From the NCBI RefSeq assembly GCF_009914755.1, contig NC_060944.1: a stretch of 64,000 bases of DNA, one strand, 5' to 3'. The DNA is from the human T2T-CHM13v2.0 reference genome, Homo sapiens. The notes under the pieces were generated by a model. That model made no database searches and was not told the DNA's origin. It saw nothing but the letters and a program-made list of their open reading frames with translations. Positions 37,591 to 52,473 of this stretch are shown here, piece by piece. A program made the translations under genes and the position numbers. Within the stretch, counting starts at the first letter, position 1. Every line of letters begins with the position of its first letter.

Positions 37591-39938
37591 CTCAAAATCG
37601 ACGCTTCATACACATCATTCTTCATGTGATGAGTAAACGCCTCAATGCTGCAGTTCTTGGAGGCCTCGCCCACGATGGCTGCTCCTTGGGGGCTGAACCT
37701 TCTCCAGGATCTAGAGCTGCCACCCAGCTACTCTTTAAAGGAGCAGGAAGACACGCATGAGGGCATCCTGCCTGCCCCTAACAATGTACTGCTGCCACCA
37801 GACAAAGGAATGGACAGCCATCCCTCTGCGGTGGAGCAGAACTGTCTCCTCGGGCCCGGCTGGGCTGAGGGGTCGTGGCCACAGGCTGGCAGCCCAAGGA
37901 CGGGGACATGGGACATGAGGGCACTGAGGAGAGTGTGGGGACAGCTTTGTCCTCAGAAAGAAGCCACCCTTGACCTCATTTTCTGGTGCCACTTCCAAAT
38001 TTCACATGTGCTCTACTCTTGTTAAGCATCTACTGTGTGGGGGGCACTGGGGACACTAGAGTGAGGAAGACCCCCCCCTTTCCTGTTGGGACACGGATTA
38101 TTCCTCTACAGCATGGATGCAGCTTCTTGTTAGCTTATCCAGCAGATTAGCTGTCCTGAATGCATACCCACTTCTCTGTGCCAGCCAGGCAAATCTCACG
38201 GGAGAGTGGGCAGACGTGGGAGAAGCAATCCAAGACGGCTTCCTGGAGGAGGGGGTCTATGAGCCCAGGGCCAATCAGGACCTTTGTGTTTGGAGAACAG
38301 GACCCTGTTCTCTGCCTGAGAAGGCCTTCCCCCAGATGGAATGCCTCTCCCTCAGGCTCTGCTTAGATATCCCCTCAAATACCCGGTCACCCCTGGCCTA
38401 CTTTATCCTCTGATAAGCCCTGACTTTAGATAGGATCGGGCTAGGGGAGGGAAGGTGGCTCATGAAGGTGCCTGGGCACACAGAAAGTTCTCACCAGTTG
38501 CAGACAGTCCATGGGGTAGGTCGGCTAGAAGCCTGGCATTGCCTATCACCCACAGAAGGCAGTGGGAAGGCAGGGGGCGGCCGGCTGACTCAGCCTATGC
38601 CCTGTCTCACGGCAGCCTCCTGGCCACGCATGTCCAAATCCTGGTCTCCAAAAGCATCTGGGAGCCGCTGTCCTGCCTGGTGAGCCAGGGGGCCTTTGCA
38701 ATTCCACTCATTCCTGTTGAGCCCAGAGAGGCTGAGCCATGGCCAGGGGTCATAGAGCACACTGGAGAGTGCCCGGCAGGCCACCATGACCAGGGACACA
38801 CTCCTACTTTGCCACGGCTGGTGGTGCTGCCTGTGGGAAGAGAAATATCCCAGGACCCAGAAACTGCTCGAGGCACCCAGAGGCTGTGCTCAGTACCCCA
38901 GAATACTGCAAGGAAGGAGAAGAATACTGCAATGGGCTGAGCAGTGCCCATTATTCAGATGAGGAAACTGAGGCGCAGGAGGTGATGAGGATCAGGTGGT
39001 CTGGGGGCATGGATATTTTGGAAAGTAGGGAAACTGAGCAGACCCAGGGGCCCAGGGATGTAGGCAAAACTCTTGCTCACTCGCTCGGTTCTCAGGTGGG
39101 AAGAGAGCTGTGCTTTGTGTTGGTGGCCTGGCCTAGCACCCTACCCCCGTTTCCACAGAGTTCACAGCAACACTGCAGGTCAGGGCAATGGCCCAGAGAT
39201 GGAATGGGACCAGGCAGGGGCCACACAACAAATCAATGGCAGGGCCGGGTCCAGGTCTCAGCCCCATCCTGGCTCCGCCATTCAGACCCCAGCCCTGTCT
39301 CCGGCCTCCTGAGCCCCTGGCTTGAGGCTGGGTTGGGGAGGCTTGGGCGTGGGATCCCTCTTCCACGGTGGGCTTGTCCTGGTCTGGGTGGGGCTAAAGT
39401 GCTGAGCTGCAGGGTCCAGGGGACACCAAGCCCCCTTTCCACCCTCTGGTTTTCTTGTCAGTCTTAGGGAAAGAGCTTAGGATCTGGGGCCAGCAAGCCT
39501 GGGTTCGAGTCCTGGTTGTGTGACCTCAGGTCAGAGACAGCTCCTTGCTAGCCTCATCTGCAAAACTGGGGTGACAGTACTGCCTGTCTCATGCCCGTTA
39601 TGCCTGGGCATGCCGCCTGGCACACAGCAGCTGCTGGGGAAGGGCCGTGAGGTGGTTTCCCTTCCTCCCAGTGCCATGGGCAGCATGGGGTGGGTCAGGC
39701 TGCAGGCTCCAGCTACCCCTTTGAGGTGCTGTGGGAGCCCTATGAGGCCCTTCCCTCCCTGAACCTCTGTCTCCCTAGATGGGGTACCAGCAGGTGGGGG
39801 CCTCTGTGCTCAACCGTGAACCAACGTGGGCATGGGATGGGGGTGGGAGACAAGGTGGGAGGCCCAGAGCAGGAGGTGAGGGGCTGAGGGCTCAGCTGGG
39901 ACAGGGAGGCAGCCACAGGGTCTTTGGAGTGCCCCCAG

Positions 39939-40297
39939 TGAGGCAGGAAAATAGGGTCTGAAGGCAGGGAACATAAGGCCAATTCCCACTTCAGCTAGGA
40001 CAGGAAATATCCTCTCCGTGGGGTGTAGGCCAAGTAAATAACTTTGTAATTTTACTTCATCCTCTCTATTTACATAGGGTGTACCCCAAGTAACCAGTGG
40101 AATCCTCTGGAGGGTATTTAAACTCCCAAAAATTCTATAACGGGGCACTTGAGCCGCTACGCTCGGGCCTGCTCCCTCACTGTGGAGTGTACTTTGATTT
40201 TCAGTAAATCCCTTCACTCCTTCCTTGCTTTGTTTGTGTATTTTGTCCAATTCTTTGTTCAAGATTCCAAGAACCAGGACGCTCTCCACCATTAACG
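39939..40297 (+). mobile_element. ERV1 solo LTR, MER51-like
   Basis: TGAGGCAGGAAAATAGGGTCTG start, ..CCACCATTAAC end; TSD ccag/ccat. Confidence 0.8.
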
Positions 40298-40516
40298 CCA
40301 TCTCCCTGTCCTGTTCCACTTCCTGCCTCTCTTTCCCCCATCTCTGTGTCTCTAGCTGTGACTCTGTCTTCCTGTTTCTCCATCCATTCTCTTTCTGCTT
40401 CAGTCTCATTGCCTCCTGTCTTTGGCCTTGTGTTTTCTCCGTCTCCACTTCTCTGCTCTCTCAGGCACTGCTTCTCATCCTGATTCTCTCTCCTCTCAGG
40501 CATCCCAGAGTTCTAG

Positions 40517-41173
40517 TGTTATCGGCGCCCTGGGTCCTTGTAATCTGCCAGGATAGAAATCAAGAGCGATCACCAGACATAGCAGCAAAGAGAAAGAGCT
40601 TTATTTAGCTTGTGCACGAGGGAAGTCAGCAACATGAAAGGAAGAGGGCAGGCTGCTCCCCAGGGGAGTGTGTGGGTTAGATTTCTAGGGCCTTTCTATG
40701 GAGAGGGGTTTCAGGGTTCCTCCAGGGGAGTGTGTGGGTTAGATTTCCAGGGCCTTTCTATAGGGAAGGGTTTCCCCAGGGGAGCGTGGGGGTCAGATTT
40801 CCAGGGACTTTCTGTAGGGAAGGATTTTGCCAGGGCATGTATAGGAGGAGGGGTTTCTCTAGCACTTGCACAGTGGCTCAACACACTTTTTCAAACATTG
40901 CATGTAACATCAGCATTTTAAATCTCCGTGCTTGGGCACGATTTGCAGCATTAAAATGAGGAAGAGGGTAAGTTGAAGTTTAAGTCTAACTGCACATGCG
41001 GGGCCCCAGGGAAGTCCCTAGCCCCCTAGAGCAGGAACTCGTGGTGAATAGTTTCCTGGGTCTTTGGCTGCTGATTGGCTGGAAGTCAGGTGAGCTACAG
41101 TCTGATAAGGGGTTTTTGTACTTTTTCTCTAAACCACATCAAAACCAGGAAACCAGTCAGCCTGCCTGTCTCA
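40517..41173 (-). mobile_element. ERV1 (MER4-group-like) solo LTR with three internal ~55-bp repeats
   Basis: TG...CA termini; TSD ctag/cgag; minus-strand AATAAA near 40600. Confidence 0.75.
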
Positions 41174-41196
41174 CGAGCCCCTATTTCCTGTTGTAG

Positions 41197-41306
41197 ATGG
41201 TGACCAGCTTGTCCTGGTTTGCTTGGAACTGTCCTGGTTTTCAAATGTAAGGTTCCACATCCTGGGCACCCCCCAGTCCTGGGCAAACCAGAATGGCTGG
41301 CCAGAC
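41197..41306. mobile_element. MER81-like hAT-Blackjack MITE
   Basis: ggtgaccagcttgtcctggtttgc ... ggcaaaccagaatggctggcca inverted termini. Confidence 0.65.
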
Positions 41307-42079
41307 TGTTGCTGTGACTGGAGTGGGGCATACCCTGCCTGCTTTTTTCTGGGCCTTACCTGCTAAGTGGTGTCCAAGGAGAGGCCCTGGGGGTCTGGGT
41401 GTGGGATGGGCTGGTGACTCGTCCCTCTGTGCCCTTCCCACCCACTCTTGCCCTCAGTGCTGGTGCCCACCTGGCATCCCGGACACCATCCAGGGCACCC
41501 TGGCTGGATGGCCTGTCTTCATGGGCCATGGTGCAGGGCTCAGGCTAGAGATGAGTGGGGGATGGGGGCCCGAAGCCCCTGCTGTGCCTGATGTGCCTTC
41601 GGTATGTCCCGTCCCCAGGTGGCTCTGCACTTGATGTCAAGGAACACAGCCATTGCACCACAGCTTGGTCCTCTGACAGTGGCCCAGCCACGGCTCCGAG
41701 GATATGCGCCCTCCCTGGGCATTTCCAGGCCTTCCTGTTGGCTGTGTTCTTTGTCCTGATCAACGTCCCCCCGCAGATCCCTCCCTGCACGCAGGAGTTG
41801 GTGGTGAGGGACTGGCCCTGCGCTTCGGCTCCTAGATTCTCCATGCAGCAATCACAGCCCAACCACCAACTCCTCACTCATCAGGAGCTCACACTTGCTG
41901 CAACCTCAGGCTTCTAGACTTCGGCTGGGGCCATGGATCGTGGCCTCTGAGCTCCACAGGTCCTCATGCATGATGTAGGTGAGATGTGTTTTAAGTCCTC
42001 TCTTGGTGCCAATTTACTCAATATGTTCACAAGTTCTAACCACCTTGGATACGGGTTTTTCAAAGCTCAGAGCATATTA

Positions 42080-42720
42080 GGCCGGTGATGTAATATAACT
42101 GTTAAGGGCATGGACCCAGATGGCCTGAATCTGAATTCAAATTCTGTCCTGTATTAGACCCTTTTTTCTAAGCCTCAGTTTTCTCATCTATAAAATGGGT
42201 TCAATGATATTACCTACCCCATGAGATGTTGTGAGTATTCAATGAGATCATCACAGTGCCTGGCATGGAAAAATAGCAACTTTTTATTGAGTAGTTGTTT
42301 TATGCAAGGCAAGACTACATTTAACCCCCACACCCATGGGATTCAGAGAGGTCGGGTAATTGGTCTAAGGTCACACAGTTAGGAGGAAGCTACATCCCTA
42401 ACCAGCAGGCTATCCTGCCTCTGCAGTAGTAATGACTAACATTTACGGAGCACTTGTTATGTACCAAGCACTATTCAAAAGGCTTGATATGTTCTAAAGA
42501 TTTTACTTTTAATCCTCACAATTCTGAGAGGTAGGTACTAATATTATTCCAATCAGTTAGATAAGGAAACCGAGGCACGGGGAGGTAAAGTCTCTTGTCA
42601 AAGGGTCACATAGCTGGTTAGTGGTGAAACTGGGATTTGAACCCAGGAAGAAGCCTAGCTGCAGAGACAGTTTTTCTTTTTTCGTTTTTTTTAGGTGATG
42701 TTTTTAACCACACTGTTTTT
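42080..42720. mobile_element. Cluster of MIR fragments
   Basis: agcctcagttttctcatctataaaatgg and gataaggaaaccgaggcac cores. Confidence 0.75.
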
Positions 42721-43321
42721 TCTTTTAAAACAGCCTGTGTCTTTATCTTGATCCTCTGAGGGTACCTAATGCCCAAGAATTATGAGCTGTTATTATCATT
42801 ATTATAGACAAGAAGCTGGAAGAAGGTGCAGGAGGCTTTGAGGGTAGGGGCATGCTGACAGCAGAGCATGGAAAACTAAGAGCAGAGCTCAGGTGCGTAG
42901 GCTGGACATGGTCCCACGGCTCAGCAGGTGAAGGGGTTAACAGCTCTTCTTCATGGCTGAAGGAGCTACGTCCTTTCTGGAAAGACTTCCATCAAGTTAG
43001 GGAGAACAAACAGAGCTGTGACACCATCAGAGTGGGCCCCTGAGGACAAGAAATTGACATGGGGGATGTAGCCATGAAGTGGTGACTGCCAACGTGCCTC
43101 TGATGTTTGCTGAGAACTTTGTGCCTCTTTCCATAGCCTCATGGCTGCAGTCCCATTTGAGCCTCAGAATGGTCCCTGTCAGGCAAAATGACTGCTCTGC
43201 TTTATAGATTAGAAAACTGAGGCTCAGATGGGAGCTGTGACTTGCTCAATGGCACACTGGCTCCTGTGCTGAGCTCCAACCCCAGGCTGGAATGCTCACA
43301 CACCCAAAGGTGGGCACTGTG

Positions 43322-43720
43322 TGTCAGGCCTCTGAGCCCAAGCTAAGCCATCATATCCCCTGTGACTTGCACGTATACATCCAGATGGCCTGAAGTAACT
43401 GAGGAATCACAAAAGAAGTGAAAATGGCCTGTTCCTGCCTTAACTGATGACATTACCTTGTGAAATTCCTTCTCCTGGCTCATCCTGGCTCAAAAGCTCC
43501 CCCACTGAGTACCTTGTGACCTCACCCCTGCCAGCCAGAGAACAACCCCCTTTGACTGTAATTTTCCACTACCTACCCAAATCTTATAAACAGCTCCATC
43601 CCTATCTCCCTTCGCTGACTCTCTTTTCAGACTCAGCCCGCCTGCACCCAGGTGAAATAAACCGCCTTGTTGCTCACACAAAGCCTGTTTGGTGGTCTCT
43701 TCACATAGATGCGAGTGAAA
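43322..43720 (+). mobile_element. LTR7 (HERV-H) solo LTR
   Basis: TGTCAGGCCTCTGAGCCCAAGCTAAGCC start, ..GGTCTCTTCACATAGATGCGAGTGAAA end; perfect 5-bp TSD ctgtg. Confidence 0.93.
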
Positions 43721-43790
43721 CTGTGATCCTGGTGTCACAGGCCTGGGGTGTATAGAGAAGTCAAACATGGCTTCCCGTGTAAACTGTTAG

Positions 43791-44349
43791 TGTAATGCGC
43801 AACCTTGTATTTACTAACCCTATTTTTAGACTCTCCCTTTTCCTTTAATCACCCAGCCTTGTTTCCACCTGAATTGGCTCTCCCTTAGCTAAGAGAGCCA
43901 GACAGACTCCATCTTGGCTCTTTCACTGGCAGCGCCTTCCTCAAGGACTTAACTTGTGCAGGCTGACTCCCAGCACATTCAAGAATGCAATTAACTGATA
44001 AAATACTGTGGCAAGCAATATCCGCAGTTCCCAGGAATTCATCTGATTGATAACGCCCAAAAAGCCCTGCGTCTATCACCTTGTAATAATCTTAAAGCCT
44101 CTGCACCTGGAACTGTTTACTTTCCTGTAACCATTTATCCTTTTAACTTTTTTGCCTACTTTATTTCTGTAAAATTGTTTTAACTAGACCCCCCTCCCCT
44201 TTCTAAACCAAAGTATAAAAGAAAATCTAGCCCCTTCTTCGGGGCCGAGAGAATTTTGAGCATTAGCCGTCTCTTGGCCGCCGGCTAAATAAACGGACTC
44301 TTAATTCGTCTCAAAGTGTGGCATTTTCTCTAACTCTCTCAGGTACAAT
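43791..44349 (+). mobile_element. LTR6-like (HERV-S71/HERV-T) solo LTR
   Basis: TGTAATGC.CAACCTTGT...GACTCCATCTTGGCTC; TATAAAA at ~44214; AATAAA at ~44288. Confidence 0.82.
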
Positions 44350-45326
44350 TCAGTATTGACGCCGAGACAGGGTTTGACTATCAGGGCCTGGCATGTTCAG
44401 TTTTCAGAGCTGCTGAATCTTTATCCCAGTGGTAGAATCACAGGAAGAAAAGGCCCATGGAGGCTTGCACTTATGCCCATTTCTACCATAGAGACGCTGG
44501 GTACCCTTAGGCAAGACCTTGCTCCTCTCTGGGCCTCTGTTTGCCACGTGGGCCTTGAATTAGATTAGCGTTTCTTAACATGAGGACTCATTTTCTCAAC
44601 ATGAGATGTCAGGATGGGGAGGACCCTAGAACGGGTAGTGTCTCAGGGTTGAGCTGATGCTCCACAGAACGTGGGCTCCAGACTTGAACTGACTGACTTG
44701 GGTTCAAATCCCAGCTTCTCTACTCACTCCTGGTGTGACCCTGAGGAAGCGTCTAAACCTCTTAGAGCCTCAGTTTCCACATTCATAAAATGGGATGAAT
44801 GATTGGCAGCTTAATTCCCTGGTGGGGAGAAGACATGGGCTGGTGGCGGGGCCTCTGGGCTCTCACAGGGCTGAGGACAGCCACAGGTACCCCACAGTGC
44901 TTATCAAACTTGCCAGCAGTGACCTTGGGGCTAAAGCTGACTTGGGCACCCCCATGGTGCTGTTGGAGGAGGGCCCGTGGATGGTGGAGATGTGCACCCT
45001 TGTGGAGCTGCTGCTGTGTGGACCCAATGGTTCGCTGCCTCCTGCTGCTCGGACTCAAAGAGGTGAGTGCTGCATGAGGCACCCTCACCCTCCAGCTCCT
45101 CCCCTCACTGTCCCTGTGCCATAGGCCCTGCCGGACTCCTCCCCACTGAGGGGTGAGTGACTGAGAGCAGCACAGACAGGGACAGAGCTTCAGGCCAAAG
45201 GCACGTGATGGGAATGGAATGATCTCAGCAGCAGGCCCACAGGAGCTGCACTTCCAGGCAGAGATCACAGTTGTGGGGTGGAGGTGGAGGCCTGGGAGGG
45301 CCCTGAGGGGTGGGGCGACTCCTGGA

Positions 45327-45757
45327 TGTCATCTGCACGGACCTTGGGGGACCGAACAAAGGATGACAAACGTGGGAATAAAGATAAAGACAAAAGAGTG
45401 TATTTGGAAGAAGGGGTCAGGGGGCTCCTTGCTTCTAGTGAACAAGGGCTCTTAGCTTTACAGCCCTTCGCATTTGATTGGGTAAAGGAGATAGGGAGAA
45501 GTGGGGGTGGTTGTCGATCAGGGGCTTAATTTACAGCAGGCTTGCAAGACTGCATTCTTCAAACAATAGGTTCTAGATGTCCCAGTAGATAACCTCAATG
45601 AGCACGGTGCCAGGGCCCTCAGCAAACCTTCTGGCAGTAGGCGCAGTCGTGAGTTTGCCCACATCCTGCATTCATGATAAACAGTTTGCTGTTTGATCAT
45701 ATAGCCAGTGGAATGCTGAGTTGGTCACGATTCCTTTGGCCTTTTCAGCTCCAAACA
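45327..45757 (-). mobile_element. LTR3-like (HERV-K HML-6) solo LTR
   Basis: Minus strand TGTTTGGAGCTGAAAAGGCCAAAGG..GTGACCAACTCAGCATTCCAC; 6-bp TSD cctgga/cctggg. Confidence 0.85.
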
Positions 45758-47118
45758 CCTGGGAGCTCCTCTTTGCCTCACCCCCAATCCCCCTTGCAGG
45801 ATCTCATCCTCAGAGCCATGTTTGTGGTTGATGGATGCAAACTCACTGTCTCTGTGGACATGAAGAGATGAGCAGAATGGCTGCAGGCACAACCCAGACT
45901 TCCTGGGGAGCAGAGGTTAGGCAGCTGGCAGGCTCCACAGTCACAGTTGCTCAGGAAGTCCTTTCTTATTGCTGTTGTTCCCAGGAGGCTGCCTCTCTTT
46001 CTGTCCCTCTTTCCCTGTGGATCCAGGGACTGGCTCCAAACCTAGCAGGGCCAGAGCTCACTCCCTCCTTGCTCCCATGGCGTCTGGTCACATTGATGGA
46101 AACGGAGGCTCAGAGAAGTTGAGACTTGCCCTCAGCCACACAGCAAGCGACCAGGGCTGAGTGCTGGATTCCTGTCCCAGGCTGTTCCAAGGCAGTCCCT
46201 CTTGGGGAGAGCCTCAGAGATGCCCTTTCTCTCTGCTGTGCCTCCCTCACCGGGTCCTCACCTTCCATGAGGAACGTTCCTGTAAGTGAGGCCAGGGCTT
46301 GGGGATTCGGGCACATTCTCTCTGAAGGATGAAGGGTTGCTGGTGGAGGGAGATCTGCTCTGATGCTTCCTCCCTCACCAGCCCAGGTGTCAGACCTCAG
46401 CCTATGAGCTCCCAAGCTCCAGTGTGACCTCCTGGTGCCCAGCACTGATGGTCAGCTCTGACCTGGACTTCCTGGTGGGGTTGTGGTCGATAGCACTGCC
46501 CTGCCTGCCTGAGCCCCACGGCCGACCTCTGAGCTAGCTCCACCGGCTTCAGGACCCCACACAGTGCCCAGCAGGCCACTCAGGCATCCACACCTGAATG
46601 GAAGGCGAGGCGTTGGTCTAGTCCTTCCTGCATGAACCAAGGCCCTGCGAGGGATAGGGACTGGTGAGTGGTCACATAGCTGGGAGGTGGTCGAGCTGAG
46701 GTGTCACTTACCCAGCTTCCCCCTGGCAGTGCCGGAGTGCTCATGTCCTGCAGCCCAGCAGCCTGCATGTGGCAGGGCTCTTGTGATCACCAGATCCTGT
46801 AGCGACCTCTGGTCTCGGGAAAGGGGGAATGAGCTAGCTTTGCCTGGTGTGGACACCGAAGGCAGAACCTGGACTCGGTGCCTCAGATACTGGCTGAGGG
46901 CCCCCAGCTCATGAGGGCGAGGGAGAGGTATTTGGAGGGTGATGAGAAGGGTGGTCAGTGTGGGTCTGATCTCAGTCTCTCTGAAGGCAGCTAGCTGGGA
47001 GTCCACTGGAGACATAGCCCAAAAGAGTGCAGCAGAAGGCTCTGATTCTTTTACGTAGATTAGCCTGATTTTGGCCTTCTACCCCATAATATAATTTAAT
47101 ATGGAAACACTCCTTAAC

Positions 47119-47898
<780 letters not shown>

Positions 47899-48644
47899 GA
47901 CTTTACACTTTCTAACTCTGGCCAAGATTAATAGGGTTGGTGTTTATTTATTTCTTTCTTTATTTCCCCCTCTCTCTCTGCCCAATGTCCTGGGTATCAG
48001 CTGGTGGGCACCATTGTGAGGCCGATAGAGTAGGAGGTGGTGTGCCCATTGTGTAGATGGGGAAACTGAGGCCCAGAGAGGGCCTTGGCTGGACTCCAGG
48101 GCTCCCACTTCTCAGCCCTTGCTTTTCTCCCTGTCCATTTATGGACGAGCCACCATGAGATTGTCACCCTGAGATTGTCTTGTCCAGGGAATGCTGCTGG
48201 TGTGCTTGTGACCCTGACCCTAGCCTCTGTGAGGACCCTCAAGGAGTGTCCCCTGGGGACTTGGGTGAGGGCAGGCTGTGTCAGCCCCCTGCCCATCCAC
48301 AGCGGGCCTTATGCTGCAAATAAACGTCACTGTTTGCTCCAATTCCTAGAACCTGAACCTGTGCCGTCTCCTGTGCCGTCAAGAGCCCTCCTGTTCACTC
48401 ACCCGACTTCTATTTATGGGGCAGCTCTTGCATGACAGGCTCTGTGCTAGGCTCTGGGGACCCCACTTATCACACAGCCGGCAAGAGCCTTTCACACTGG
48501 CATCCTGGGGGCCTTAGGCCACTTCTGGCAGGGAGAAGGTGAGGACAGGCATCTCCTGGTGCAGATGAGGAAAGTGAGGCTCAAAGACTGACTCCCTTGG
48601 GCACTCAGTGAAGGGGCACAGGCCAGGGGAAGGGCCTAGGCTCT

Positions 48645-48879
48645 GTCTCATCACTGGGCCCTTGCCACTGTCTGTCCAGGGGTCTCGTGCAGGGGTCTCT
48701 GAGTCTCATCACTGGGCCCTTGCCACTGTCTGTCCAGGGGTCTCTGAGTCTCATCACTGGGCCCTTGCCACTGTCTGTCCAGGGGTCTCTGAGTCTCATC
48801 ACTGGGCCCTTGCCACCATCTGTATGGGGTCTCATCACTGAGGCTCTCGCCACCGTCTGCCCAGGGGTTTCTGAGTCTC
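48645..48879. repeat. 45-bp minisatellite, about 5 copies
   Basis: Unit gtctcatcactgggcccttgccactgtctgtccaggggtctctga. Confidence 0.92.
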
Positions 48880-49959
48880 AGAGAAGCAGCCTGCCCCAGC
48901 CATGCCTGGTCTGGCCTCCAGGGATTAGCGGATTAGCTAAAACCTCAGGGCTTGAACTGGGCGTAACGGAGGCGCCACTCTGGCGGCCCTGTGGGTGGTT
49001 GGCACTCTGCACCTCTGGTTCTTGTCTTGGTCGCCTTGGATCCCACCCTGGCTGGCAGCCGACTCCTCTGCTGCAGTCCAGTGGGTGGGCTGAGTGGCGG
49101 GCAGGCGGCCAGCCTTGTGCATTGTGGACCTGGACTGGGGGTGGGTGGGAGGGAGACTTTTGTTCTCCTGCTGCCCCAGAAACGAGCCCCTCCCCCTGCT
49201 GGGCTGAATCAAAGTCCTATTGTGGGACTTGGGTGAGACTGGGTCCCTCGCAGGGCCTCAGCCTCCTTGTCTACGCAGAGGGGCTATTCAACTGCACTGT
49301 GAACTGTAATGCTCCATCCAGGGACTGCTGACCTTGGAGGACAGGAGGGAGTGTGGGGAAGGGGTGGGTGGATAAAGGGTACCTGATCATCTGGTCAGGG
49401 GGCTGAGCTGCATGCAGTGGGGCTCCTCGGATGTAATGACAGAACTCCCATTCATTGAGCGCCTGTCCATTGTTTGTGCGACAGTCTCAGCCATCTGGGT
49501 TGGGGGAGGGGGTGGGCCACCATCTGCTCCCTTGGGCATCACTGTAAGAACCAGGGTTCAACCCTCTACTCACGGCTCCACGGAGTTGGCTCAGCCAAAC
49601 TTACTGGGACCTGAATGGCTGTGGGAAGAGTTGAGGGGGGGAACCAAGCATTTTGGGGCCTGGCAGGTCTGGATTGGGGGTCAGAGCATCACTGTGACTC
49701 ACTGTGTGACCTTGGGAAGCTGCCACATCTTTCTGTGCCTCGGTTTCCTCATGTCTAGGGGAATGTTCAGTCCCCATAGTCGGGTGGAGATGTGGTGACA
49801 GGTGTGACACACCGTGGATTATGTAGTGTTTGTGGACCGGGTGTCCCCCTGGGAGAATTACATGAACCCTCAGGAGGGTGGCATGGGGTTGGGGGCAAGT
49901 GCCACATGAGTGTCAGGCAGCAGGAGCTACCTCCACCACAGCCCTGACCACAGAGAATG

Positions 49960-51030
<1,071 letters not shown>

Positions 51031-51223
51031 GCTGGAGGAGTGAGCCTGGGAGGGGCATGTGGGGGTGGGGGAAGTGGGGTTTTTCAATGGATTCGCTTTT
51101 TAGCAAACCTCAGTTTGATTTGGCTTTTTAATAACAAGAATGGTTTACAGAAAAACTACCCTAATGATGCCAGGCTGGACGTGTATGGCTTCCAGGTGCC
51201 CTGATTGCTTGGAGGAGCAGGGA

Positions 51224-51499
51224 GCAGCAGGGATGTGAGGCGACCCCTTGAAGCCCATTCCACTGTGAGGCCCATCAGAGATGGGCCTGGGTCAGGTGCT
51301 GGAGGAACCCTGGGTGCTGGCGTGGAGGCCTGGCAAATGGCCAGAATGGCGGATTCTGCAGCAGGGATATGAGGCGACCCCTTGAAGCCCATTCCACTGT
51401 GAGGCCCATCAGAGATGGGCCTGGGCCAGGTGCTGGAGGAACCCCGGGTGCTGGCGTGGAGGCCTGGCAGATGGCCAGAATGGCGGATTCTGCAGCAGG
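51224..51499. repeat. 134-bp tandem duplication (two copies, 4 mismatches)
   Basis: Units start at 51224 and 51358; gcagcagg recurs at 51492. Confidence 0.93.
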
Positions 51500-52473
51500 A
51501 CGGGCTGGTACAGGGTGCCCTCCCTGGAGACAAGCATATTTCCGATCTGTCCACCCTTCTAATGCCCAGCTGGCCCTGTGCCAGAGTCTTCACTTCCCTG
51601 CCCTTGCCTGCTAGGAATTCCCTCCCTCGAAGGCTCCAGTTCCTGCTGCCATTCCAGCTGGGCCAGCCTGCCCTATTCTGGAGCTCAGCCCCTCCCAGAG
51701 GACTAGGCCTCCTATCACTTGCCTGGGGCCAGAGGTTGACAATAACCTTGAGGGTCATTTACCCAGCACCTATCATGTGTCATGCTCTGTGCTGAGAGCT
51801 TTGTGCACACAGCTCCTGTAGGTTCCAGGAATAGGCACTGTTTTTAGCACCTCTATAAGCTCTCAAGACAATGCTAGAGCAGGATGGACCTCAGCTATGG
51901 CAAAGATTACACAGACAAAATATGAGTGACTGAAGTTTGGGAAACAATACTTACATACCTGGAAAAACTGAAGTCCAGAGAGGGTGTCTGACATGCCCAA
52001 TGTCACACAGTAAATTGTCAGTATGACGTTGAAACACTCCATAGTGGGTAGGGTTGGGACCTCTCATCTATCACCTTGTCTGACACAATAGTCATAATCC
52101 TGTCCCTATTTTATGGCTGGGAAGACCAAGGCTCCTAGAGGGTAGGGTCTTGACCGATGTCACACGTAGTTTGGGGACAGAGCTTAACTTGAAGCAAGAA
52201 AGGCTTCTCATGTGCAACAGTCAGACTGCTTGGGTTTGAATCCTGGAGCTGCCATTTGTTGTCTGTCATCTGCAGCAAGTCAGTTTGCTGCTTGGAGCCT
52301 TCACTGTCCCCATCCGTGAATGGGGTCTCCTGGGGCTGCTGAGAAGGTGCCTGGGCACCCGGAATGGGATCAACCATTGCTAACCATCAAATGCTCAGAT
52401 GTGAAAGGCTAGCCTACTCCCTCTCTTTGGGGCCAAAAGACACTCAGACTTGGTCTGGGGGTAAAGAATAAAT

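Noticed and set aside
40657-40830. Three ~55-bp tandem units
   Set aside because: Internal to a solo LTR, where U3 repeats are common.
48605-49331. ORFs with 15-aa repeats, and possible CRISPR-like array
   Set aside because: Caused by a 45-bp tandem unit with no unique spacers; eukaryotic DNA.
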